The position numbers and the translations under genes were made by a program. The notes under the pieces were generated by a model. That model was not told the origin of the DNA. It saw only the letters and a program-made list of their open reading frames with translations, and did not search any database. From a virus (taxonomy: Duplodnaviria > Caudoviricetes), in the IMG/VR virus record IMGVR_UViG_3300026085_000093, positions 1 to 64,000 of that record: a DNA stretch of 64,000 bases. One strand, given 5' to 3'. How positions within the stretch are numbered: position 1 is the stretch's first letter; each line of letters opens with the position of its first letter. Shown here in pieces: positions 48,563 through 57,502 of the stretch.

Positions 48563-49201
48563 ATGTCAAGGTTAATTGCATTTGGTTGTAGTTTGACATA
48601 CGGCGATAATTTAAAAGATATATGGCCGCACAATGAAGAGTCGAGCAAACTTGCTTGGCCTTCTGTTGTTTCTAAACTATTAAATTTAGAATGCATTAAC
48701 AAAGGAGTAAGTGGTTATTCAAATAAAGAAATACTTAACGATTTGTTGACATTTGAATACCAAAAAGGTGACACAGTTATTTGTTTATGGACATTTCATC
48801 AGAGACATGCAATACTTACTGAAGAATTATCAACACCTGCAATTTCAATTAAACCGTGGGAAATGAAAAACAATAAAGCAATTAAGTCATATTTTAAAAA
48901 TCTTTACACAGATTATGATTCTAATTGGACAACTAACTTATACATGAGAGTAGCGAAATCTTACTTTGACGAGCATAACATAATTAATTACCATGCTAAT
49001 GCAAAACCATGGATCTTCCAACAGGAAAAATGGAATAACATAAATTTTATTCCAGTAGAAGACATTGATACAATTCGAAACAAAGAAAGCAGTGATTTGG
49101 CAAAAGACAAACGTCATCCAGGTTACAGAGTGCATAAAGAGTTTGGTACAAATATTGCAAATTATATAAAGGAACAGACACATGAAATTACGTTACAGTG
49201 A
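48563..49201 (+). CDS. SGNH/GDSL-like protein
   Basis: FGCSLTYG, NKGVSGYSN and DKRHPG. Confidence 0.55.
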   Translation: MSRLIAFGCSLTYGDNLKDIWPHNEESSKLAWPSVVSKLLNLECINKGVSGYSNKEILNDLLTFEYQKGDTVICLWTFHQRHAILTEELSTPAISIKPWEMKNNKAIKSYFKNLYTDYDSNWTTNLYMRVAKSYFDEHNIINYHANAKPWIFQQEKWNNINFIPVEDIDTIRNKESSDLAKDKRHPGYRVHKEFGTNIANYIKEQTHEITLQ

Positions 49202-50075
49202 AGCATTTTATAGTGTACAAGGTGAGGGTAAATACGTAGGAGTACCTAGCGTATTTTTACGTACATTTGGTTGCAACTTTCGTTGTATGAATTTTGGATT
49301 ACCTAAGGACAAAGATCGTTGGGAGCAACACGCAGAAGGCAATCGGTACAATCCAGAAGTAAAGGCACTACTTGACGCAGGCGTACACGAAACTACAGAA
49401 AAATTTGAAGATTTACCTATTATTCACACAGGCTGTGATACATATGCTAGTATCTATCCAGAGTTTAAACACTTTAACAAACTTGCAGAAGTAGACGAAG
49501 TTGTAGATCATTTGATTAGTTTATTGCCAGAAGGCAAATGGACACAAGACAATGGACAAGATATTCATTTGATTATGACAGGTGGTGAACCATTACTTGC
49601 ATGGCAACGACTTTACGTAGAGTTGTTTGAACATCCGAAAATGAAAGATTTAAAAAATGTCACGTTTGAAACAAACACTACACAATTTTTACATGATGAT
49701 TTGTTCGATTACATCAACAATAATGACAGAATTGAATGGACATTTAGTTGTTCTCCTAAACTTTCCGTCAGCGGAGAAACTTGGGAGTCAGCTATCAAAC
49801 CTGATGTCCTGCGGGATTACGCTCGTTGTGACAGCAGTTCTGTTTATCTTAAATTTGTTGTTGCTGATATGGATGATGTTGATGAAGTTAGTAGAGCAGT
49901 TAGTGAATATCGTGCAGCGGGTGTGGAATGCCCTGTCTATCTTATGCCGCTTGGCGGTCGCTCGGAAGGGTACAACATCACGGTACAAGAGGTGGCGAAG
50001 CTCTGTATGGAACGAGGCTGGAGGTTCACTCCGAGACTCCACATTAGCCTATTCGGAAATGCCTGGGGAACATAA
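49182..50075 (+). CDS. queE: 7-carboxy-7-deazaguanine synthase (radical SAM)
   Basis: FYSVQGEG, FLRTFGCNFRC...CDT, TGGEP, CSPK and PRLH. Confidence 0.9.
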   Translation: MKLRYSEAFYSVQGEGKYVGVPSVFLRTFGCNFRCMNFGLPKDKDRWEQHAEGNRYNPEVKALLDAGVHETTEKFEDLPIIHTGCDTYASIYPEFKHFNKLAEVDEVVDHLISLLPEGKWTQDNGQDIHLIMTGGEPLLAWQRLYVELFEHPKMKDLKNVTFETNTTQFLHDDLFDYINNNDRIEWTFSCSPKLSVSGETWESAIKPDVLRDYARCDSSSVYLKFVVADMDDVDEVSRAVSEYRAAGVECPVYLMPLGGRSEGYNITVQEVAKLCMERGWRFTPRLHISLFGNAWGT

Positions 50076-50144
50076 GGAAACTAGTAAGTATGCTAGTGGG
50101 ATATACACTGAAGAACAATATAACAAACTAAGGAAACACTTATA

Positions 50145-50534
50145 ATGGGATGGTGGAATAAACTTGTTAGAGACAAAAAAGCCGAAGAAGAAAAGGCAAA
50201 GTTTGAGGAAGAAAAACTTGAGTTTCTAAAAAAGAAAGATCCAAAAGAATATGCAACAAAAAGAAAACAGCCATGGGTAAGTGTTTTAGATGTACAAGTA
50301 AACGAAGAAAATATTCGCAACGGATTCTTTGAACTAGATTGGAATGAATATTTTATTCAACAACTTTTAGAAGCAGGTTATGGAACAGATGCTGATCCTG
50401 AAGAAGAAATTGTTGATAGATGGTTTAAAGATATTGTTTACAATATGCTTGTAGATGAAGGTTTAGACACAGATAGAGGTGCAGGTTATATTAATGTTGT
50501 ACCTATAGATAAAAGAAGAAGTGAAGTATCATAA
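50145..50534 (+). CDS. Hypothetical protein
   Basis: NGFFELDWNEYF core. Confidence 0.6.
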   Translation: MGWWNKLVRDKKAEEEKAKFEEEKLEFLKKKDPKEYATKRKQPWVSVLDVQVNEENIRNGFFELDWNEYFIQQLLEAGYGTDADPEEEIVDRWFKDIVYNMLVDEGLDTDRGAGYINVVPIDKRRSEVS

Positions 50535-50540
50535 TAGTGC

Positions 50541-51776
50541 ATGACGAATGAAATAGAAGATTTATACAAAAATTTTTGTGTCCATCCTTTTGTTAAAATG
50601 TTTGTGACAACAACAGGGCATATGAAAGCCTGTTGTTATGCAAAACAATTAGATTCAGACGATATTAATATTCTAGGCAAGGATGTCGATGAAGTATGGA
50701 ACAGCAAGACTTTACAAAAATTAAGACACAAATTCAATCAAAGAATCATCCCTAAAAATATCTGTAAAAGTTGTATTGAAAGTGAAGAACAGGGAATCAT
50801 TTCAAACCGACAGTATGAAAATCATAAATGGAAATCATTAGCCGATTATTATTATAAAAATGCCCATACAGTTGTTCCTAGTCCTCTGAGTTTTGATTTG
50901 AGAATGAGCAACGAATGTAACTTGCAGTGCGTGATGTGCCTCCCTACATTGAGCAATCAAATTGCAAAGAACATGCTAGAATATAATAAATTCGGCAAAA
51001 GCAATCCTTATACCAATAGTAAAGACCTAGAAGTTCTTTCTACATCATCTAATAATTTCAACCAGCGATTTGTTGACCATATACTTGAAAATGCAAAAAG
51101 AACTCAAGAGATTGTGGCAGTCGGCGGCGAGCCGTTTGTGATGAAGGGATTTACATCTTTGATAGAAGAATTAGTGAATAGAAAAGAAAGCGGTCATATA
51201 AAGGTACACATAATTTCAAATGGCACAATTATCAAAGAATCATGGATAGAAAAATACCTTACAAAGTTTAAGCATGTAAACTTATCAATAAGTTTGGATG
51301 CTACTGGAAAAGTTTTAGAATATGTTCGATACCCTAGTTCTTGGTCTGCATTGGAAAGCAAGATTTTAAGATCTAAAAAAATATGCGACCAATATGAGAA
51401 TTTTCAAATTACCTTAGAGCCTACAATACAATTGCTAAATCTAAAAGATTTGCCAAATTTGCTTGACTTTATTAAACAAAATAAGTTTCCTTTTAATACA
51501 ACATTTTTAGATTGGCCAGAGCCATTACATTTTGCCAACTCACCCATTGATTACAGAATTGAAATTGTAAAAAAAATTGAAACTTTCTTACCAGAGTTAA
51601 AAACTTTAGACCTAATAGACGACTACAACTGGTTAGATTGGATTAAAACGGAGCCACAAAAAACTTTATCAGATAAACAACGTGATTATTTTAGATACAT
51701 GTTGGATTATTTTGACAGTACAAGAGCAACAAAATTCTTAGATCTTTATCCTGAATTTGGTTTTTTAAAAGATTGA
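50541..51776 (+). CDS. Radical SAM protein with an N-terminal twitch-like segment
   Basis: ACC...CKSC, CNLQCVMC and GGEP. Confidence 0.82.
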   Translation: MTNEIEDLYKNFCVHPFVKMFVTTTGHMKACCYAKQLDSDDINILGKDVDEVWNSKTLQKLRHKFNQRIIPKNICKSCIESEEQGIISNRQYENHKWKSLADYYYKNAHTVVPSPLSFDLRMSNECNLQCVMCLPTLSNQIAKNMLEYNKFGKSNPYTNSKDLEVLSTSSNNFNQRFVDHILENAKRTQEIVAVGGEPFVMKGFTSLIEELVNRKESGHIKVHIISNGTIIKESWIEKYLTKFKHVNLSISLDATGKVLEYVRYPSSWSALESKILRSKKICDQYENFQITLEPTIQLLNLKDLPNLLDFIKQNKFPFNTTFLDWPEPLHFANSPIDYRIEIVKKIETFLPELKTLDLIDDYNWLDWIKTEPQKTLSDKQRDYFRYMLDYFDSTRATKFLDLYPEFGFLKD

Positions 51777-51801
51777 CATTTGAGTGTTAATGTGTTATAT
51801 T
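51773..51801 (+). promoter_or_regulatory. Sigma70 early promoter
   Basis: TTGACA-N17-TATATT with an extended -10 TG. Confidence 0.7.
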
Positions 51802-51834
51802 GTATAAAGTTAGATTATACGGAGTAGCACATAA

Positions 51835-52398
51835 ATGACAAGTAATACACAATCAGTTGCAGAAGAACTGTCTAAGGAAGTCAATTGGAATGGATTTTTC
51901 CAAATGGTCAAAGACCTAGGACCGCAATTGAATGAACGTCAATTGAGATTTTTAAAAGCACGTTTGATTGAAAAAGGTATTGCAAACCTAAGTAAAAATA
52001 TTAAATGGGTTGACACAATTGGACAAGATCATCAATTACGTGACATACGTATTGAAACAAAATTTGCTACAAACTCAATTACCACTGGCAAAGGTGCTTG
52101 GAAGAAAAATAATAAAACAAGCGATATTAAACTAACAAATACACTAGGCAGCAGTGATGGAAGAAACTTGCCAGAAACATTTGACTTCCTTATGATTGTA
52201 GATACCGACTGTGTTGGTTTAGTTGCACACAAAGATATCAATGCTGTAAGTGCAGGAGACGGACTTAAAGCAAGCATTCCATATGAAAACTTGTCTATCG
52301 TTGTAAAAAACAATGCAATACTTAGAGAATCAAAAAATATCAATATTCTCGAAAAATTAGATTCAATGTTAGATAATATTATTTCAGAATATAACTAA
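51835..52398 (+). CDS. Putative PD-(D/E)xK restriction-endonuclease-like protein
   Basis: GQD-x7-IETK pattern; GGAG RBS. Confidence 0.45.
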   Translation: MTSNTQSVAEELSKEVNWNGFFQMVKDLGPQLNERQLRFLKARLIEKGIANLSKNIKWVDTIGQDHQLRDIRIETKFATNSITTGKGAWKKNNKTSDIKLTNTLGSSDGRNLPETFDFLMIVDTDCVGLVAHKDINAVSAGDGLKASIPYENLSIVVKNNAILRESKNINILEKLDSMLDNIISEYN

Positions 52399-52492
52399 TG
52401 TACTTCAACTATGATAAATAGTTATGTAGACAGTAAACGCTTATGCAACTTCTGTTTACCCCAAACGCATAGAGCAATGAAGGAGATATACT

Positions 52493-53515
52493 ATGGCGAA
52501 ACCAAAAATCGCGGGCACCTCATCGGTGACAGGATTTAACAATCACGGAACAATTAACTTAAACGAATACGGATATGAACATATCCGCGAGCAAAAGAAC
52601 GCTGAGTTTCAGCATTTTGAATTTATAGATTTAGATACAATTGACGAAAATAATCCAGATCTTTGGAATATGTCAATTAGACAAGAACAGAATACAGAAG
52701 AGCGCATCGAAAGTATTCAGGCTAGTTTTTTCTATCATGGATTTTCAACAAAATATGCACCGCCTTGTTTAGGTACAGATGGTAAATTTAGAGATGGTAG
52801 AGGTCGTGTTATTGCTGCAAAACGCAATGAAGAAAGATGGCTTCCAGTAGCAGTATTTGATTACGAAGACGATAGTGAACGTAACTATGTAACTAATGGA
52901 CTTATTGCAAACGAGCATCCGCCAGCAGTTCCTACACTAAGAAAAGACTTTGAAACAGCGGGCATCGAGCTTTGTAGAATAGGACAACTAAAACCAATTG
53001 CAGAAGAAATCGAATGGTGGCTGTATAACGATGTAGATATTGAAAAGTTTTTTAATAACAAAAGTGGTAACATTACAAAAATTATAAACAATATTATTTC
53101 TGGTTACGAAGCAGGTCAAGATTTAGGACTTGTAAGAACACAAAGCAGATCAGGTTGGGTGCAATGGTGTAAACAAAATGGTTACGAAATAAATGACAAA
53201 AATCGTATTCTAGTAAGTGTAGATAATGATACATACCCTTTAAGAACATTTGTACACATCCTCGAAGCATGTAACAAAAAGTTTGATCCGGTTGAGATTA
53301 TTCTTTTTACAAATTCTTATAATCCAAAGAAAGCAAAAGATGGTGTAAGAAACTTCGAAAAAACACTTGAAAAATTATACACTTTGTCGTATAATATGGC
53401 ATATGCAGTTATTAGAGATAGCGAACGCCCTTGGAAAATATTAGGTGCAGTTCCGCAGATCAAAGATAAACATGCACTAGAAGGCAACAAGTTAGTAGAC
53501 ACAAAGGACTATTAA
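52493..53515 (+). CDS. ParB/Srx-like protein
   Basis: RDGRGRVIAA resembles the ParB DGxxR motif. Confidence 0.4.
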   Translation: MAKPKIAGTSSVTGFNNHGTINLNEYGYEHIREQKNAEFQHFEFIDLDTIDENNPDLWNMSIRQEQNTEERIESIQASFFYHGFSTKYAPPCLGTDGKFRDGRGRVIAAKRNEERWLPVAVFDYEDDSERNYVTNGLIANEHPPAVPTLRKDFETAGIELCRIGQLKPIAEEIEWWLYNDVDIEKFFNNKSGNITKIINNIISGYEAGQDLGLVRTQSRSGWVQWCKQNGYEINDKNRILVSVDNDTYPLRTFVHILEACNKKFDPVEIILFTNSYNPKKAKDGVRNFEKTLEKLYTLSYNMAYAVIRDSERPWKILGAVPQIKDKHALEGNKLVDTKDY

Positions 53516-54387
53516 TGACTTATAAAGTTTACAACCAGGACTGTATTTCTGGTATGCGTGAACATGTAGCAGACGGGTCAGTGGATTTGATATTCACTGA
53601 TCCTCCTTATGGTATCGAAGGCGATAAACTTGATGTTGTTTATCACAGAGATGAAAGCAATGTAGTTCCAGGTTATGTAGAAGTTCCGTTAGAAACATAC
53701 GATACATTCAGCAAAGATTGGATTTCAGAGTGTGCAAGATGTTTGCGACCAGGTGGTAGCATTTACATTGTAAGCGGATATACTAATCTACACCATGTGT
53801 TAAATGCATTACATGCAACAGACTTACAAGAAATTAATCATATAATTGCAAAGTATTCATTCGGTGTAAGCACTAAAAAGAAATGGGTAAGCAGTCACTA
53901 TCATGTGCTGTTTTGGCAAAAGCCAGACAAAGGTAAACAAAAACGTACATTCAATACAAATGTATATTACTCAGATCAAAAAGACAGTTATCATGATAGA
54001 TTAACTGTGCAAGATCTGCCACGTGATTACAAGCCAGGACAAATAAAAAACAAAAATCAACTTAGCGAAGATTTTATTGAAAAATTTGTTTTATACAGCA
54101 GTAATAGAGAAGAAACTGTAATGGACCCATTTTGTGGCGGATTTACAACTGCACGTACTGCACTACGTTATGGTAGAAACTTTATTGGCTTCGAATTAAA
54201 CAAAAATGCATATGATGCTTTTTTGCCAACACTAGGTCAAGTGAATCCAAAAGATGATCCTATCCCAATCAATCCTAGTCCAGAAGAACTTGCAAAACGT
54301 AACAAAATGCGTGAAGGCTGGGCAAATAAAAGAGCACAACGTAAAGCAGAACTAGACAATAATTTATTTGAGACTGACGATGGCTAG
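53515..54387 (+). CDS. Amino (N4-C/N6-A) DNA methyltransferase, beta class
   Basis: Catalytic TDPPY precedes the SAM-binding DPFCGG motif. Confidence 0.88.
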   Translation: MTYKVYNQDCISGMREHVADGSVDLIFTDPPYGIEGDKLDVVYHRDESNVVPGYVEVPLETYDTFSKDWISECARCLRPGGSIYIVSGYTNLHHVLNALHATDLQEINHIIAKYSFGVSTKKKWVSSHYHVLFWQKPDKGKQKRTFNTNVYYSDQKDSYHDRLTVQDLPRDYKPGQIKNKNQLSEDFIEKFVLYSSNREETVMDPFCGGFTTARTALRYGRNFIGFELNKNAYDAFLPTLGQVNPKDDPIPINPSPEELAKRNKMREGWANKRAQRKAELDNNLFETDDG

Positions 54388-54583
54388 ACTAGTTGCAAAG
54401 AATATGGTTATAACAAAAGACAAGGATTCAATGGTATTTGCTGTAAGACGTAAACACAATCGTGTAACTATCGATTGTTATAAAGATTATGAATTTTCCA
54501 AAACAATTGAAACAGATCTTGACAAAGGAACAGAATTGTATTATAATGCTATTAACAATGAAGGATATCAAGAGGCTTTTTAA
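54380..54583 (+). CDS. Small hypothetical protein
   Basis: 67 aa. Confidence 0.45.
   Translation: MARLVAKNMVITKDKDSMVFAVRRKHNRVTIDCYKDYEFSKTIETDLDKGTELYYNAINNEGYQEAF
54519..54547 (+). promoter_or_regulatory. Perfect sigma70 promoter for the RNase H gene
   Basis: TTGACA-N17-TATAAT. Confidence 0.75.
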
Positions 54584-55566
54584 TGGCAACCTATGTACTA
54601 GTAGACACACTTAACACATTCTTTCGTGCTCGTCATGTTGTGCGCGGCGACATCGATACTAAAGTTGGTATGGCACTACATATTACCCTTAACAGTGTAA
54701 AGAAAGCATGGAATGACTTTGATGCAGATCATGTTGTGTTTTGTTTAGAAGGACGCAGTTGGCGTAAGGACTATTATGAGCCTTACAAACGTAATCGCAA
54801 AGAACACCGCGATGCTATGAGTTCACGTGAAGCAGAAGAAGATAAGATCTTTTTTGAAGTGTTTGACGAGTTTAAACAGTTTGTAGATACAAAAACAAAC
54901 TGCACTGTGTTACAAAATTCTGTACTAGAAGCAGACGACTTGATTGCAGGCTGGATACAGAATCATCCAAATGACAATCATGTTATTGTTTCTACTGACG
55001 GCGACTTTGCACAGTTGATTGCTCCGAATGTACGTCAGTACAATGGGGTAAGTAATACTACTATTACATATGAAGGATATTTTGATGACAAAGGTAAGCC
55101 CGTGGTGGACAAGAAAACCGGCGAAGCAAAACCTGCTCCAGAACCTCAATACATGCTGTTCGAGAAATGTATGCGTGGAGATACTAGTGACAATGTGTTT
55201 AGTGCCTATCCGGGTGTTAGAAAGAAGGGCACGAAAAACAAAGTTGGACTAGTTGAAGCATTTGCTGATAAACAGACTAAAGGCTACAACTGGAATAACA
55301 TGATGCTACAGCGTTGGGTAGATCATGAAGGTGTTGAGCATCGTGTGCTTGACGATTACACACGTAATGTTACATTGTGTGATTTGACTGCACAGCCAGA
55401 TGATATTAGAGAACAGATTGATACAACTATACAAACTGTAGAATCGAAAAACATTTCACAAGTAGGTATGCGTCTTATGAAATTTTGTGCAAAATGGGAT
55501 ATGCAACGTGTAGCAGATCAAGCAGCAACATTTGCAGAACCTTTACAAGCGAGGTATATTAAATGA
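54583..55566 (+). CDS. 5'-3' exonuclease/T4 RNase H-like flap nuclease
   Basis: YKRNR, EADD, STDGDF and GDTSDN. Confidence 0.88.
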   Translation: MATYVLVDTLNTFFRARHVVRGDIDTKVGMALHITLNSVKKAWNDFDADHVVFCLEGRSWRKDYYEPYKRNRKEHRDAMSSREAEEDKIFFEVFDEFKQFVDTKTNCTVLQNSVLEADDLIAGWIQNHPNDNHVIVSTDGDFAQLIAPNVRQYNGVSNTTITYEGYFDDKGKPVVDKKTGEAKPAPEPQYMLFEKCMRGDTSDNVFSAYPGVRKKGTKNKVGLVEAFADKQTKGYNWNNMMLQRWVDHEGVEHRVLDDYTRNVTLCDLTAQPDDIREQIDTTIQTVESKNISQVGMRLMKFCAKWDMQRVADQAATFAEPLQARYIK

Positions 55567-56036
55567 CAATGAATGTAAAACCAGTATTACAAGATAAATT
55601 TTGGATTGTTGAAGATGAAGGCATCCGTGTCGGCACACTTACTAAAGACGAAGATAAATTCATATATACAAAAAAAGGTGTAGTAACATTTCATAGTGAA
55701 ACACAAATTAAAAAACAATTTGGCAAAAGTTTCTTAACAGCAAAAATTACGACTCCTGACGTAGATGAAGACACAAGAGAAATACACGGCTTTCCTACAA
55801 AGAATCAACCTTACAATAGTATGTTTGATATAAGCAGAAACTTACCACTATTTACAAAAAGTGAAAAGTCTAAGAGTGTATATTGTGCAGGATATTATTT
55901 GATTAAATTTAACAAAAATTGGTTAAAGAGTTTTTGTCCAAAATTAATTACTATTGAACGCAACAAATATAAAGGGCCGTATAAAACTGAATTAGAAATG
56001 AAATTAATGTTAAGCAATGTCAACAGAACCTCTTAA
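55563..56036 (+). CDS. Hypothetical protein
   Basis: 157-aa ORF. Confidence 0.6.
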   Translation: MTMNVKPVLQDKFWIVEDEGIRVGTLTKDEDKFIYTKKGVVTFHSETQIKKQFGKSFLTAKITTPDVDEDTREIHGFPTKNQPYNSMFDISRNLPLFTKSEKSKSVYCAGYYLIKFNKNWLKSFCPKLITIERNKYKGPYKTELEMKLMLSNVNRTS

Positions 56037-56259
56037 TACACAACCTATACAGCAATTTATAAAACAAGTACAGGCTGCTGAAAACAGTAGAGCCAAGGAC
56101 TTACGTTTAGACATTGCAACCGCAAAAAACTTGGCTTTTACAATGGGCATTGTAATGAGTAGATTACAAGGCGATTTAGAAAAATTTGTTAAAGAAAACA
56201 GCGGCGGACTAGGAGATCAAGTCATAAAAATTGACTTAGATACTGGAGATTCTTGGTAA
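56017..56259 (+). CDS. Hypothetical protein
   Basis: 80-aa ORF. Confidence 0.55.
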   Translation: MSTEPLNTQPIQQFIKQVQAAENSRAKDLRLDIATAKNLAFTMGIVMSRLQGDLEKFVKENSGGLGDQVIKIDLDTGDSW

Positions 56260-56300
56260 AAATAGATAAATATATACGTAGTTTTTAAAAGGATACGTAT

Positions 56301-56588
56301 ATGTCAAGACCAAAGCCTACAGTACTGTTAGATTATACAAATAGTGCAACATATAAATGTGAACAAATTTTAGATGCTGATGCTATCTGGGCAGTATTCT
56401 ACGACGGTAAACCTTTTAATTTAAAAAGCAGTAATTCAATTACAAACTATCCAGGTCCTAAGTATAAGAAAACTTCTTTTTCTAATCCAGGACATGCACA
56501 CAATCTTGCAAAAAGATTAAATCAGCAATTCAAAACAGACAAATTTGTAGTAATAAAGTTAACACAAGGTGAAGTTGTATCTGAATGA
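56301..56588 (+). CDS. Hypothetical late protein
   Basis: TAAATA at 56267; AAGGA RBS. Confidence 0.6.
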   Translation: MSRPKPTVLLDYTNSATYKCEQILDADAIWAVFYDGKPFNLKSSNSITNYPGPKYKKTSFSNPGHAHNLAKRLNQQFKTDKFVVIKLTQGEVVSE

Positions 56589-57495
56589 TAATGTAGATAT
56601 TTTATCTACAACACCAAAAGGTGGATATACCTTAGAAAAAGGCCCTTATGCATGGATTGATGATCTAGAAAACTATAAAGGAAAAAAGCCGTTAGTTATT
56701 AATCAAATGACAGAAGGTTTTCCTTTATTAGATAAAGATTACGAAAGAATCCACAAAAGTTTTCCAAGAAAAAGAATTTTTTATATCACTAGTAATTTAC
56801 TAGAGCCTAAAAGGTATAAAAGATGGTGGAAGAATCAAAACAAATTCTCTACTAAGATACAAATAGTTGCACAGCCTGTATGGGCAGAAATTGTCAAAAC
56901 AGACTTTACACCTATAGATATAAAAGAATATAATGATACTAGAGAATGTTTTTATAATTGTTTAAACAGACAACCTAGAGAATACAGACTATACTTAGTG
57001 CAAAATCTGCAAAAAAAGAATTTAATAAAAAATAACTTTGTAAGTTTTCCTTATCATTCTTTATTACCTGATAGTCCTCTTATTGTAGATAGAAATGATT
57101 TTTGTACAAACTGGGCAACAAACATGAATAAAGACATCTATTTAAATAGTTGGTTTTCGATAGTGAACGAAACGTTTTATGAAGAAGACGCTGAATATAC
57201 TATGTTCCATTCAGAAAAGATATTTAAAACTATACTTGCAGGACATCCTTTTATTTTATTTGGTCAACACAAAAGTTTAAGAAGTTTAAAAAGAATGGGT
57301 TTTAAAACTTTTGGTAAATTATGGCCTGAAGACTATGATAGTATAGTTGATCCAAAAGAACGTCTACAAAAAATTATAGATACAATAGAATACATGTGTA
57401 AGTTAGACTGGAAAGAAATTTGGCCTAGCGTACAAAAAATTGTAGAATATAATCAATCATTCTTATTGAAGAATACATTTTCAGATTACGATTAA
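56569..57495 (+). CDS. Putative glycosyltransferase-like protein (GT10-like C-terminus)
   Basis: SIVNET...SEKIFK...PFILFG...GFKTF...YD pattern. Confidence 0.4.
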   Translation: MKLYLNDNVDILSTTPKGGYTLEKGPYAWIDDLENYKGKKPLVINQMTEGFPLLDKDYERIHKSFPRKRIFYITSNLLEPKRYKRWWKNQNKFSTKIQIVAQPVWAEIVKTDFTPIDIKEYNDTRECFYNCLNRQPREYRLYLVQNLQKKNLIKNNFVSFPYHSLLPDSPLIVDRNDFCTNWATNMNKDIYLNSWFSIVNETFYEEDAEYTMFHSEKIFKTILAGHPFILFGQHKSLRSLKRMGFKTFGKLWPEDYDSIVDPKERLQKIIDTIEYMCKLDWKEIWPSVQKIVEYNQSFLLKNTFSDYD

Positions 57496-57502
57496 ATACC
57501 AT

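Noticed and set aside
41968-50075. tRNA queuosine biosynthesis as an auxiliary metabolic pathway
   Set aside because: No queC, queF or queA and no tRNA genes in the window; the TGT-like protein is divergent and sits in a replication context. DNA modification fits better, though the rest of the genome is unseen.
47740-52495. Known riboswitches (preQ1-I, SAM-II/V, THF-II) in the folE and 52433 leaders
   Set aside because: The conserved core sequences and loop sizes do not match as I recall them; kept only as unclassified candidates.
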